A DNA stretch of 63,380 nt, filler included, from Nemertoderma westbladi (GCA_032718475.1; 4 parts of 4 records of this genome joined end to end with filler, not necessarily neighbours in it); one strand, 5' to 3'; shown: positions 11,001 to 22,505, numbered from the whole stretch's first letter. Notes: generated by a model not told the origin, from the letters alone. Program-made: numbers and translations.

Positions 11001-14000
11001 AAGGCTCTTGTAATCGAACCAGTTTCAAACTTGAAAAACTTAATGTCAGGAATAGCTCTGATATCAAGTTTAGACATACATGCATTGAATTCCTTAAGTT
11101 GTCCATTTAATAATTGGGCTTTTTTAAGCTCTTTAATTAGGTCTAAGTTGCTCAATTCCCTATAGTATGCAATAAAATCACAGTCTTTTAGAATAGCTAT
11201 ACTCTTTAATTGTTTCTGACATTCAACTACATTCGTAGTGCATGTTTCCTTAAAATCAGCCAATATCTTTTGTAGATCTTCCTTTCCTTCATTTATTGTT
11301 TTATAAATATAATAAAAGTAATTTTTAATATCGAATTCGCAAATTTTTCTCAAATCTTTCATTTCTTCTATCATCTCACTTTGAATTGATAATAGTGAAT
11401 AGAGATGTGCATTGGATTTCATAAGATACTCATCTAGATTATTCCTGATATCATCTGCTAATAATCCAATAGATTGAATGTGGTGCCTTTCACATTCCTT
11501 CAGCTCATAATGACAAAACCTACAAACAATAATGTGACATCTGGTACAGTAATGTCGCTTTTGAGCTGGACAAGCAATACACATTTCATAATCTCCTATG
11601 AAAAGCCCAGATTGTTCGTGATCAATCCTATTCCGTATAGATTCGAAAGTTTGTGAAACTGCAACAATAATATTTGATGCTGATCTGATCAATTGGATGT
11701 TATCTCCAGCCTGAACAACAGTGTTTGAAACGAATGGTTTAATTTTATCTTCTTTTATCTCTTTATTAACAAAGTTTGATGCCAATGGATCATTGATATT
11801 TGAAGCCACAACCATAGCGTTTGGTGGCAATATTTGAATGTTATCTGAAGCAGAAATAACATTGGTTGGTTTCAATAGTTCAATCTCATTAGAAAAAACA
11901 ACAACAGTATTTGTTTTTAAAGAGATGATGTTTGATGTCTCAAGAACAGTACTTATTGTTTGTGATTCAATGTTATCGGAAGTCTCACCAACATGTTGGC
12001 ATTTTGGCATAAATTCAATGTTATCAGAAGCACCAAAAACAATGTTTGGTTTCAATGCATCAAAGTTGTTTGCAAGATGAGAAACAGTGTGTTGAGACAA
12101 TTGTTTATTGTTATCTGCAGCACTTTCAACATTATTTGTTGATAATGATTCAATGTTATCGAACACTTTAATAATATTCTCCGCTTCGAGTGATTCAATG
12201 GTTTTCGACTCAACATTTTGCATTCCTAATTTGTCATTATAATCTGAAGCATTATAAAATTTCTTTGATGCCAATGGTTTTCTGTTATCTACAGTTGCAT
12301 CAATGACCTCTGGTCTAATGTTACTTGAAGCCCCAATAATATATTTTGTTGACCATGGTTCAATAGCATCAGGCGCCATAACAACACAGTTTGGTGTTAT
12401 TGACTCAAACTTATCTGCAGCAGTAACAGTATTGTTTAGTGACATTGCATCCATCGTATCTGAAATCTTGCTAACTTTCTGTGATACTGAATCAGCACTA
12501 CTTAAAACGACAACATTAATGTTTGAGTCCAATAATTCATTATTATTAATATTGTTTGAGTCTAATAAGTTAAATTCCCTCCAGTCTTCTGAAGCCTCAT
12601 CAGCATTGTTTGTTTCCAATGTGTCAACGAAATTGTCTCCATTGTGTGTACATGATTCAATATAATCTGCTGTTTTAATGCTTTCTTTTTTTGAAGCCTC
12701 AACAATAGATGTTACCAATGATTCAATGACATCTAAAGCCTCAACAATACCATTTGGATCCAATGATTCAATGTCATTTGCAGTCGCAAGATCAATTTTC
12801 GATTCAATTGATCCAATAATATCTGATGCATCGGAAACAGTGATTGTTTCCAGTGAGTCAATATTATCTAAAGTCTCAATAACAGTTTTCGGTTCAGATG
12901 ATTCAATGCTATGTGGGACATCACGAGTACTGTTTGGTTCTATTGATCCAATATTATCTGATGGCTCAGAAACACTGTTTGCTGTCAAAGATTCAATATT
13001 ATCTGATATATCACAAACAGTGTTTGCTGCTAATGGATCAATATTATCTGAAGCATCAGCAACAGTGTTTGTTTCCAACGAGCTAATATTATCTAAATTC
13101 ACAACAGCACCTTTTGGTTCCAATGATTCAATGCTATGTGATGCCTCAGGAGCATTGTTTGATTCTGTTGATCCAATGTCATATGATACATCTGAAGCAG
13201 TTGCCAATGATACAACACTATCTAAATTCACAACAGCACCTTTTGGTTCCAATGATTCAATGCTATGTGATGCCTCAGGAGCATTGTTTGATTCTGTTGA
13301 TCCAATGTCATATGATACATCTGAAGCAGTTGCCAATGATACAACACTATCTAAATTCACAACAGCACCTTTTGGTTCCAATGATTCAATGCTATGTGAT
13401 GCTTCAGGAGCATTGTTTGATTCTGTTGATCCAATGTCATATGATGCATCAGAAACAGTTGCCAATGACTCAATATCATCTAAATTCACAACAGCACCTT
13501 TTGGTTCCAATGATTCAATGCTATGTGATGCCTCAGGAGCATTGTTTGATTCTGTTGATCCAATGTCATATGATACATCTGAAGCAGTTGCCAATGATAC
13601 AACACTATCTAAATTCACAACAGCACCTTTTGGTTCCAATGATTCAATGCTATGTGATGCTTCAGGAGCATTGTTTGATTCTGTTGATCCAATGTCATAT
13701 GATGCATCAGAAACAGTTGCCAATGACTCAATATCATCTAAATTCACAACAGCACCTTTTGGTTCCAATGATTCAACGCTATGTGATGCCTCAGGAGCAT
13801 TGTTTGATTCTGTTGATCCAATGTCATATGATACATCTGAAGCAGTTGCCAATGATACAACACTATCTAAATTCACAACAGCACCTTTTGGTTCCAATGA
13901 TTCAATGCTATGTGATGCCTCAGGATCATTGTTTGATTCTGTTGATCCAATGTCATATGATACATCTGAAGCAGTTGCCAATGATACAACACTATCTAAA

Positions 14001-14998
14001 TTCACAACAGCACCTTTTGGTTCCAATGATTCAATGCTATGTGATGCCTCAGGAGCATTGTTTGATTCTGTTGATCCAATGTCATATGATGCATCAGAAA
14101 CAGTTGCCAATGACTCAATATCATCTAAATTCGCAACAGCACCTTTTGGTTCCAATGATTCAATGCTATGTGATGCCTCAGGAGCATTGTTTGATTCTGT
14201 TGATCCAATGTCATATGATGCATCAGAAACAGTTGCCAATGACTCAGTATCATCTAAATTCGCAACAGCACCTTTTGGTTCCAATGATTCAATGCTATGT
14301 GATTCCTCAAGACCATTGTTTGATTCTGTTGATCCAATGCCATATGATACATCTGAAGCAGTTGCCAATGATACAACACTATCTAAATTCACAACAGCAC
14401 CTTTTGGTTCCAATGATTCAATGCTATGTGATGCCTCAGGAGCATTGTTTGATTCTGTTGATCCAATGTCATATGATGCATCAGAAACAGTTGCCAATGG
14501 TTCAATATTATCTAAATTCACAACAGCACCTTCTGGTTGCAATGATTCAATGCTATGTGATGCCTCAGGAGCATTGTTTGATTCTATTGATCGAATGCTA
14601 TCTGATTCATCAATAACAGTGTGTGTTGACAACTGGCCAACAGTGTTTGGTGTCGATAACGGTTCCTTGTTATCTGAACCATCACCTGCAGTATTTTCTC
14701 CCAATGATTCAACATTACTTACACCCTCAACATCAACGGCAGTGTTAGGCTGTAAGATATATGAAGGACCACAAATAATATTTGTGATTAATGATCTCTC
14801 TAAGTTCTCATCTAATGTTTCATCTGTGGCATAAGGTAGTGAAGTACCATCATAAGTTTGTGTTGCTAGTGGTGAAACAATATTAGCTGTTGCATTAGAA
14901 TCAGTATTTCTTGATTCATTATCGTCATTCAATGATTCATTATCAATTGAGGGCTCAACAATAATATTTATTTCTTGAGATGCCATATTTCGACCCAT
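8012..14998 (-). CDS. ~2330-aa protein: acidic Ser/Asn repeats, two B-box plus coiled-coil modules, C-terminal beta-propeller (NHL-like) region; TRIM-NHL-like without RING
   Basis: 7-kb uninterrupted ORF. First ATGs are at 14998 and 14986, just after a splice-acceptor-like TTTATATTTAG (~15025). B-box-like CIACPAQKRHYCTRCHIIVCRFCH...H (~11580-11475) and CTTCPAQKRYYCERCEIVVCRRCH...H (~10500-10395), each followed by a helical segment. The tail is beta-rich (AMASDGFGRLGILDNRRRRIVIY). Confidence 0.8.
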   Translation of the reverse strand: MGRNMASQEINIIVEPSIDNESLNDDNESRNTDSNATANIVSPLATQTYDGTSLPYATDETLDENLERSLITNIICGPSYILQPNTAVDVEGVSNVESLGENTAGDGSDNKEPLSTPNTVGQLSTHTVIDESDSIRSIESNNAPEASHSIESLQPEGAVVNLDNIEPLATVSDASYDIGSTESNNAPEASHSIESLEPKGAVVNLDSVVSLATASDVSYGIGSTESNNGLEESHSIESLEPKGAVANLDDTESLATVSDASYDIGSTESNNAPEASHSIESLEPKGAVANLDDIESLATVSDASYDIGSTESNNAPEASHSIESLEPKGAVVNLDSVVSLATASDVSYDIGSTESNNDPEASHSIESLEPKGAVVNLDSVVSLATASDVSYDIGSTESNNAPEASHSVESLEPKGAVVNLDDIESLATVSDASYDIGSTESNNAPEASHSIESLEPKGAVVNLDSVVSLATASDVSYDIGSTESNNAPEASHSIESLEPKGAVVNLDDIESLATVSDASYDIGSTESNNAPEASHSIESLEPKGAVVNLDSVVSLATASDVSYDIGSTESNNAPEASHSIESLEPKGAVVNLDSVVSLATASDVSYDIGSTESNNAPEASHSIESLEPKGAVVNLDNISSLETNTVADASDNIDPLAANTVCDISDNIESLTANSVSEPSDNIGSIEPNSTRDVPHSIESSEPKTVIETLDNIDSLETITVSDASDIIGSIESKIDLATANDIESLDPNGIVEALDVIESLVTSIVEASKKESIKTADYIESCTHNGDNFVDTLETNNADEASEDWREFNLLDSNNINNNELLDSNINVVVLSSADSVSQKVSKISDTMDAMSLNNTVTAADKFESITPNCVVMAPDAIEPWSTKYIIGASSNIRPEVIDATVDNRKPLASKKFYNASDYNDKLGMQNVESKTIESLEAENIIKVFDNIESLSTNNVESAADNNKQLSQHTVSHLANNFDALKPNIVFGASDNIEFMPKCQHVGETSDNIESQTISTVLETSNIISLKTNTVVVFSNEIELLKPTNVISASDNIQILPPNAMVVASNINDPLASNFVNKEIKEDKIKPFVSNTVVQAGDNIQLIRSASNIIVAVSQTFESIRNRIDHEQSGLFIGDYEMCIACPAQKRHYCTRCHIIVCRFCHYELKECERHHIQSIGLLADDIRNNLDEYLMKSNAHLYSLLSIQSEMIEEMKDLRKICEFDIKNYFYYIYKTINEGKEDLQKILADFKETCTTNVVECQKQLKSIAILKDCDFIAYYRELSNLDLIKELKKAQLLNGQLKEFNACMSKLDIRAIPDIKFFKFETGSITRALNVIIGNISVDDVPFQNQVYYCDQKCEIDNFEHQSMKVMPAAETFNFNKCEEGVKISVHNLQADNNISAYSCGRKLISDDIVRDTSKIVSVTAASENIESQGLCQFVKTPDKIELSQWDNVEALDCIDILEPHDEAHVAENRAVSNNFETMRHIEPNQPAPAKENYEICTTCPAQKRYYCERCEIVVCRRCHCQLKACDKHDVKSIRSVADDIRNKIKETFIKSNTHICTLLAIPNEMLQEIHDLSKICECDIEKYFCNIFKSLNAGKVHLQKSVVDYEEKWTANAVECRKHFINIVMPKERDLKEYYWKLSNTEIIKQLKKAKLLNEQLQELLTCISKVDIIAVPDIKFLKEESSLITRSFNILIGQISFDDVSLVSQVHYRSHGQNCQVGNLEQGTPKHNSTADVLNANTVYNKCGQISVHDLQVENNDYYDSSYRQNRRRKKDTDEIVSLTAALLGEIKLLVKNIASCHGDKFSENIESLELTTVDEILVKSLSTSATVEASNSNVSLSANTIYDGSDSKTTTIVDASEDILSLALNAKVIETSNVTQKHECEKYTGEIPSVTNILNINTGISEKGQITGLNRQTDNALSYDHGPKLKVKENEHTIDVISTAVEFNVNQYEKEIIGCPNVVEISRTNFSELGVNICAMASDGFGRLGILDNRRRRIVIYVNDWNADSFSLDGEAISINQNKSCPFGDQIKFLAACNNYWLIGTEHCLYDINKHYLGNCKNISIRHLCLSIDALGLTSGGPIAGTSTLTTIGSIQRIGVFDNTSAWVLISPNILITIDIKEFTAVKLSYLEQHPGVLVTHHSYFGLSFGFFEAEKSLLTLYRYHCRMGIFVLSGPWHTVDCGRAYPIGDMALWLSDKSHWLIGIKEDGKQRVGIYRENSGSKTKNSVSHFEIISAINVNGFGNVLTIGLGSRFLVSETSSKQLVCYNLAVSCVTTCCKLIPLLTDQRPINRRHRRSRQKPKVEVQVEVSTKGSCFRLVDECIGY
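13085..14600 (-). repeat. 129-bp (43-aa) coding tandem repeat, ~11.5 copies, two main variants
   Basis: Period measured from 13112 to 13241. Unit DIGSTESNNAPEASHSIESLEPKGAVVNLD followed by SVVSLATASDVSY or DIESLATVSDASY. Confidence 0.95.
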
Positions 14999-15164
14999 AC
15001 AAAACTCCAAACAAGCCAAAATCACTAAATATAAATTATATATTAAATAGTAGGCCTACATTGAAAAGGCACTTCATGACCTACTATAATTTTAATAAAT
15101 TAATAAATGATCGTAATAAATAAAGAAAAAATGAAATGAAAAAAATAAAAGAAAAATGATTTAT

Positions 15165-15483
15165 GAGGCCCCATATCTGGTATAGTGGTTGAATCCGTTG
15201 CCGTAAATTCATATCTCTTCGGAGGTCGTGGGTTCGATCCCCGCGTGGGTAACCGGGTAGTTTTCATTTCAGCACGAATGCTCTACAGGGACTAGCCAAG
15301 GCTAGTGCCTTGGCTACTTCCATCCATTTATTTTAGCTAAATGAGTACTAGTTTCCTCTGGGGAGTATAGTTCCGGGGGGAGCGCACTGAGAGTAATTCG
15401 CAAGAATTTGTGGGTAATCCCTGGCCTAACGGCCGAAGAAAACTTTACATTTGCTCGTTACTCGTTACGCTCGTTACTTTTAC
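15165..15483 (+). mobile_element. tRNA-derived SINE
   Basis: Pol III A box TGGTATAGTGG and B box GGTTCGATCC, a central body with TAAATGAGTAC, and a (CTCGTTA)n-like tail. Confidence 0.7.
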
Positions 15484-15587
15484 TAAGAAACCTTTTCAAC
15501 CCAACAATAAGCAGTTTTTAATGGAATAAAATATTTATTATTATCATTATTTAGCTTAATTATTAAATTTATTAAATAGAAGGAAGG

Positions 15588-15657
15588 GAGGCGGGGTAGC
15601 TCATTTGGTTAAGCGCCGGGATTACAACCTATTATTTGTAGGTTCAAGCCCTGCCTA
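15588..15657 (+). pseudogene. tRNA-like head (SINE head or tRNA pseudogene)
   Basis: TAGCTCATTTGG A box and GGTTCAAGCC B box. The acceptor and anticodon stems do not close properly. Confidence 0.55.
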
Positions 15658-15749
15658 CAGTAGTGGCCCAAAGTGATTAATATTTTGATTTGTCACTATT
15701 ATTATTATTAACCCCTTCAGTAGTATTTTATTACTAAAATCACTGGAGT

Positions 15750-17330
15750 TCTCTGCTCGAGTTCCTGCAGCTATTATTACTGTAGTAGGCCTATGTTTGT
15801 GGCTGCGTGGCTGGCTGGGTTTGTGGCTAGAATGTTTGAACGCTAATAAGTCGGTCAATCATGGATAAAATGCAACCAACCTTGGTACACATGTAGTCTA
15901 TCAAAGGTTTAAAAATTATACACACAGACAGACTTCTATAACTCCTATATCTTCCGCTAGGGGGCGAATTGAATGAAACGTAAAATAAGCTGTAATTATA
16001 TAATCAAACATCAGATTCATCTGAAATTTGGTAGTAGTTACCTACGAGCATTACTTAATTAGAAATTCTACACACAGACAGACTTCTATAACTCCTATAT
16101 CTTCCGCTAGGGGGCGAATTGAACGAAACGTAAAATAAGCTGTAATTATATAATCAAACATCAGATTCATCTGAAATTTGGTAGTAGTTACCTACGAGCA
16201 TTACTTAATTAGAAATTCTACACATAGACAGACTTCTACAGTTCCTCTATAGTCGAGGAAATCCTGCCAAGTACCTAACTAACTGATCTAGACTTTGCTG
16301 ATGACTTAGGAGTACTCTCAGTAATCATTAGAGGGAGCCCAGCGGCTCCTCAGCTCATTAGAACATGCTGCTTCTAGTGTTGGTCTTTTTATTAACTCCA
16401 GAAAGACCAAAATTCTGACAGTTAACTTTGAAAGTCCTCAGCAAGTCTCTGATCGGATGAGCATAAGCTCAAAGGATGGTATGCTTGAGCATGTGGACGA
16501 CTTCTGTTACCTGGGATCATGGATCCGGAAGTCAGGTGACGGACCTTCGAATACGTAAGGGAAAGGCATGGGCAGCCTTGAATAGGCTTTCCAGGATTTG
16601 GAAGTCACCTAGAATTAATCGGAAACTTAAGGTCCGATTATTTAGAGCAGCAGTAGTTCCAGTACTCCTCTACGGGAGTCCATGCTGGGCTCTAACTGCT
16701 GAGGACACCAAATCTCTGGATGGCACATTCACAAGAATGCTACGCCGGGTACATTGTGTCAAGTACAATGCACACATCTCCAACCAGACACTATATAACA
16801 TTGGAGGTGTCTCATTGGTTCCCCCAAGCTTGACACTAGAACAAAATCGCCTCCGCTTTGCAGGACATTGCTTTCGCCGTGAGGACCAGCCAGTGCATAA
16901 TCTTGTACTTTGGCAGCCTCATGGAGTGAATAAGAATGGTGGACAGCCCATGACTTTCTTGAGACGCATCTTAAAGGACACTGGCCTTAAAGATGCGGAT
17001 GATCTAGCAAATGTCATGGGTGATAGGGAGTTGTGGCGGCGCAATTTTGTTGACAAGCCGGCACAGCATTCTTAAAAATGCAGCTGCAATGCAGCATGCC
17101 GATCCTAGTACTAGTATAGTTCCTCTGCCTGCCGCTAGGTGGCGAATTGACAGAAACGTAAAATAAGCTGTAATTATATAACCAAACATCAGATTCATCT
17201 GAAATTTGGTAGTAGTAACCTACGAGCATTACTTAATTAGAAATTCTACACACAGACAGACTTATGCCTATGCCGCTAGAGGGCGAATTTTGTCAGAGCT
17301 CCAGTTCATCGTGCTTAGCACAGTTTAATA
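15750..17330 (+). mobile_element. Helentron/HINE-like non-autonomous element with 150-bp internal tandem repeats, interrupted by an RTE fragment
   Basis: (GGCT)n-like microsatellite near the start. 150-bp units at 15921, 16071 and 16221 (resuming ~17115), plus a partial unit at ~17250. Terminal hairpin GTGCTTAGCAC. Confidence 0.55.
16250..17115 (+). mobile_element. 5'-truncated RTE-clade LINE (RT C-terminus and 3' end)
   Basis: LDFADDLG motif at ~16290 and ORF 16476-17075 (KVRLFRAAVVPVLLYGS...RLRFAGHCFR). Ends GCCGATCCTAGTACTAG. Near-duplicated flank TA(C/T)AGTTCCTCT. Confidence 0.9.
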
Positions 17331-19296
17331 ATGTAAGACATCCTAAAGCGAATCATTTCCATTATAAAGATCAGTGTCGTTTAGGAAACGATTCAGTAGT
17401 GTCAATGGCAGACCTCCACGTTACCCCTCGCCAACCTGTTTCTATAGAACAAGATCACTCATATTATTATAATATTATATATTAATATTATATTATTATA
17501 TTTCACTTTGCAGTTTACTCACAAGTGAAGAATACAGGTTTTCACAAAAATCCCAGGCTACAGAATGCCTGAAACTAAGCAAAACAATAAACGAATTAGT
17601 ATATGTTCAGGTTATAAGACAGAAATAAGCGCTATAAAACACTTAATAAATATAAATTTAAAAAATATAAAAAACTCCATATATATAATTGTAATAAAAA
17701 GTCGACCGAAAAAGTGAATCCTGGTATTCTTTACATAAAAACTAATTACTTAGTAAGGGCGGACAAAACTAATTAATAATTATATATACGTCATAACAAC
17801 ACGAGCTACAAACGAGGGATACATACATACAGTACATACAGACCTCGCATATGACAATATAACAATGTTTCAGTTTAATATAACATTTTGAATGGATGAA
17901 TAATGTTTAATGCAACGGCATTTATGTAACCATATGGGCCGCCAGAACCCGTAAACCAGGCTCCCACCGTTGCTCAACAAAATAAAAACGCAGAGGGGTC
18001 AAAATAACGCTGCCAATTTTAAGAGAGAGGGGGGTGGATGGGAGGGGGGGGGGGGGGGGGAGGGTCGGCCCCCCCTATTTGAAATTTTTTTATGATCATA
18101 TCCCTGTGCCGAATTTAATGGAGATTCCAAATCTACAGTACTGTACAAGCATTTTTCAATTGTTTAAGGCCATTTCATCACAAAGGCTCGCAAGGTAAAG
18201 AAAGATATGAATAAAATTGCTAAAAAAAGGTTGTTTTATTATTGGTATATTTTTGGAATGATGAAAAATTTCATTCAATTACAATCATTTTTTACAAAGT
18301 TTAAAGTTATTGTCGAAACATGAAAGATCCTATTACAGTACAGGCCACCAGAAAAAGCAGATTTCATCCAATGTGATCACATGTGAACACATTTGTTCAA
18401 GTCATCTGATTGGCAGGTTATGGCGAGTTATCTTCTAGATCACACAGCAGGAGGCTAACATGCTGGGACCAACAAAGGCTTAGTTGCGGTGCGCCTGTAT
18501 GTCTGATATCAGGTAGATGAGAGAGCCCCCAGGGCGTAACATTGCGGACATTGGTTGTATTGGTAGAGAGAGAACTACATACAAGACCACATGGAGGTTC
18601 ATGGAGTGTATGGGAGTGGATGGGTATATGGATGGACGAGCCTAGATCATTGAATAATTAATTTAGTGCAGGGAGATGTCGCGCCATTAGTCTGACACCG
18701 AGAGGGCACAGAGAAACACCAGAAGATGCCTTAACATCAATAACTATAGGCCTGCCTACTAGACACTATTAACCGCACACTATAAAGGTAAACAAATTCC
18801 TTATCGCATTTCCAGCTGCAGTGAGTGACAGTTCGCGGCAAACTACAGAGAGTTTCCAGATTACTAAGCGTTTCAAAAGTATTCAATTGTATCCTTTAGG
18901 GAAAAAATTTTGGTTGTTGCCAATTCAATTATGTTCAATTATGTTCAATTGTCCCGTTCAACAACATTACATTCCACTGGTACACATTTGATAAAAAGTG
19001 TTCACAATTGTACAAATCTGCGTTTTCTGGTGGCCTGTACTGTATCTGTATTTTTCCTTCATTGTTAAACCCATTTATCTCAGAATCTATTTCTACTGTA
19101 TTTCTTAAACAATTCTGATTGAAATCACAAAAACGGCCGCTTTTTGGGCATTCTTGTGTATAAAATAGCCGAAGCTCAATTTCAGCCAACATTGCTTTGT
19201 GGCACTGGATATATAAAATAATGATTTGAACCGATTCATAAAATAAATTACACTGGATAAAACACAGATTGATAAATTGTTCGATAAGGTGCAGTA

Positions 19297-19396
19297 NNNN
19301 NNNNNNNNNNNNNNNNNNNNNNNNNNNNNNNNNNNNNNNNTTAATTAATTAANNNNNNNNNNNNNNNNNNNNNNNNNNNNNNNNNNNNNNNNNNNN
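19297..19396. other. Assembly gap linker N44-TTAATTAATTAA-N44
   Basis: The identical 100-bp construct occurs three times in the window. Confidence 0.97.
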
Positions 19397-19549
19397 CAAT
19401 AAATTGACCCACCACATCGCCCCTGCCCACCCACCCACCAGGATCAGAATATTTATAAATTAAGTTCAGCCCAACCCCACATCGATAAAATTACATGATA
19501 TTTTGCTAACAATTTAAATTGTGTATTTGGGGTATCTAGATAGCTTTAA

Positions 19550-22505
19550 CCCTATTAAACCCGGGATGACCCGACCCCCCCATGGATTTTTGGTATTTTA
19601 ACTCTAAAACAAACGTAGTTGGTAATCTGAAATTTTATCTAAAAATCTATTGTCTTTCTAATAGTGAAAACCGTTTTCAAAAATATTGTTAAGTTTTGAG
19701 TTATTGCACCATTTTTTATCCCTACTTAGTTTTGGGACTTTCTTTGAGACGTTTTTTGAAAATTACATTTCTTGAAATATGATTTGTAACATCTCTATTT
19801 TTTATTTACACCGGTTTTTTGGTGTTTGCAATTAGATGGAATTCATATAAATTAATTTCAAAGAAATTTCAAACCTGTTTTTTACGGCGGGTGCCAAATT
19901 TTGGTGCCAGCACCAAATTTTGAAATATGTCAATTTTGTAAATTGATTGTTTGAACCTGTTTTTTATTTGGGGTTCTTGTTTCGATGGAATATATACGAG
20001 TTGCACCAAGCGTATCAAACTTGTATTTTTCGGTGCTGTGTGCAAAATTTGGTGCCAGCACGAAATTTTGATAATCTATTCAATAGTTCCAGTGCTTGTG
20101 ACAACTTATTTCCCGCGTTTTAGATGTTTATGGTGGTTCTGAATTCAATGGAATAAGAAATTATCTAACTAGACATCTCAAACTTGTATTTTTGAAGGGG
20201 GTGCAAAATTTGGTGTTAACACAAAATTTTGAAAACCATCAAATTATCATTTGATTGTGTCACCTTGTTTCTTGCGTTATACGGGTTTATGAATCCGATG
20301 GAATCAATAAAAACAGCGCTGGACATTACAAACTTGTACTTTTGGTGATGAGTACGAAATGCCGAATACGATGACAGAGCAGATGCATATAGTGAAGCAA
20401 GTTCCACGCTCTACAATCTACCGGAAGATGAACCGGAAGATATATGGGACTTTGTTACGGTATAGCTATAATCTAATTGTGGAATTTCCGCAGGTCAGTT
20501 CACTGGAACGCCAGGATGGACTAGTGTTCATGACAGAAGTAATTGGGGTCCTATAGATCATATGAAAGCTTTTTTCCATGCAGTATACACTTCTGTGTGT
20601 GGTTGAATGGACAAACAAGCGGGCAAACACTATTATAGCCAGGAAGGAAGAACGATTTGTGGAAGGATATAACTGTAGCAACTTTGAAAATGTTCTTAGG
20701 ATTGGTGTTTCTTATGCTATTATCACGTAAACCTAATATCAAGATTTATTGGTCGATACATGATCTGTTTTCAAGCCATTTTTCCATGAATTCCATTTGT
20801 ATGGGTAGAGACAGATTTAATAAAATATTGCGATGTTTGCGCTTTGCAGACCCGGATGATGTATCTCCAAAGGATGCTTCAAACCGGCTAAATGAATTTA
20901 TAGGTAAGATAAATGAAATCTGTAAACAATATACTGTTGTAAAAATGTATCTATCGATGAATCGCTATTGCTTCATAAGGGTAGACTAAAATTTAAAATG
21001 TTTATAAAATCAAAACGTGCCCGGTTTGGTGTTAAAATGTTTGCATTGTGTGATTCTTCCAGTTATCTCTCTCATATAAAGGTTTATTATGGAAAAGAGA
21101 GTGAGATAGAAAATGTGCTATTTCAAAGAGCGATCAAATTCAATCTATCAAAGAGCGAAAATGTTATGGCAATGCTTTTATATAAAGCTAACTTACTGGA
21201 GAAGGGCTATGTTGTACATATTGATTGGTATATGAGTCTCATAAAGTTTCTATCTGAACATAAAACGTATTCATAGGGAACTGTAAAAAAATCACGCGGA
21301 CCCCCTGAATGAATCACTACACAAGACTACCAATCTCTACTTCCAATCTACTACCAATATACTACCAATTTCTTCAAAGTTTATGCGATTGCAGGGAACA
21401 AATATAACTGCGACAAAGTTTATGGACAAGAGAACTGTTTATTTTTTATCATCTTGCGACGTTCAGTACGAACAAAGGACTCGGTATGTGAAGAGAGAGC
21501 GGCGACACTATAGACTTTGTAAAGCCAATAGGAATACAAAACTATAACCTACAAATGGGAGGCGTTGATATACAAGATCAATTAATTCGGTACTACAATC
21601 CCGTTAGAAAGTCTTTTAATTGGTCAAAGAAGGTTGGTATAAACTTGTTATTTCGGTTGATGTTGAATGCTTAACTGCTCTACAAGAGAAAGAAAACCAA
21701 AGAAAGATATATTTGCTTTTGAGACTGACGCGATTCAATGGTTAACTGATATCCCTTGCCAAAATCACTCAAAGAAACGCAAACAACCAAATGATGCACC
21801 GCCACCGGGAAGAATTCACACGATCGTGGAGATTCCACCGACAGACAAAGAGAAGAGGCTCAGGAGCCGATGTGTAGTTTGCTGGAGTAAGAAACAACGC
21901 AAGGACACTCATTTTTACTGTCCCCAATGTCAATCGAAACCTGCTCTTTGCCAAGGATCTGTCCAAGGATGGCATAAAAATGAAGTGTAAACACCATAAA
22001 CAGACAAAAATTTGCATACATTAGTAAAAGTGACATTTAGTGACATTTTTTACGAGTAATATTATATATTATGTATGTTGAATAACTTTTGTCAGACATA
22101 TTGGTTAATATACCGGTAGATGGATTCACAGACAGTCTAGATTTTGTCTAATCTAAACTAAACGCTGACATCAGAACAATCTAATCTAAACGCTGACACC
22201 AGATATGAAATCAGCAACCCTTAAAACCCCCATAGTGAGAATGTTAGTTATTTTGTATTCTTTTTTAAGTTTTGACAGACTGACTGAAAGAAAGACTGCC
22301 AGACATACAGACTAGATTTATGTAAAAGTGAAAACTGACATCTGAAATGAAATCACCGACCTTTAAAACCCCCAGAGCGAGAATGTTAGTTAGTTTGTAT
22401 TCTTATAAAACATATAGAGTTAAATATCACCCCATGACGCATACGCCTGCGTCATGGCCCATATATAGTGGTGACCCATACGCCTGCGTCATAGGTGCGA
22501 AAGGG
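19550..22505 (+). mobile_element. Decayed piggyBac DNA transposon (PGBD-like transposase pseudogene ~20480-21990)
   Basis: Fragments MGRDRFNKILRCLRF, KGRLKFKMFIKSKRARFGVKMFALCDS and YNLQMGGVD, with the C-terminal CVVC...CPQC..KPALC Cys-rich domain. Left end TTAA|CCCT, right end AGGG|ATAA. The TIRs match only over CCCT. Confidence 0.85.

Noticed and set aside
12678-14834. 718-aa and 500-aa antisense ORFs
   Set aside because: They are shadows of a 129-bp stop-free repeat opposite the real ORF, with no independent domain signal.
15588-15657. Functional tRNA gene
   Set aside because: A and B boxes are present but the acceptor and anticodon stems are broken.
18044-18060. Long poly-G/C runs (also ~26270, 39549, 42671, 49717, 55339, 56892)
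   Set aside because: Homopolymer slippage or sequencing-length uncertainty, with no shared context.
19341-19352. TTAATTAATTAA motif inside N runs (three times)
   Set aside because: It is an artificial all-frame-stop contig linker. Adjacency across it is unverified.
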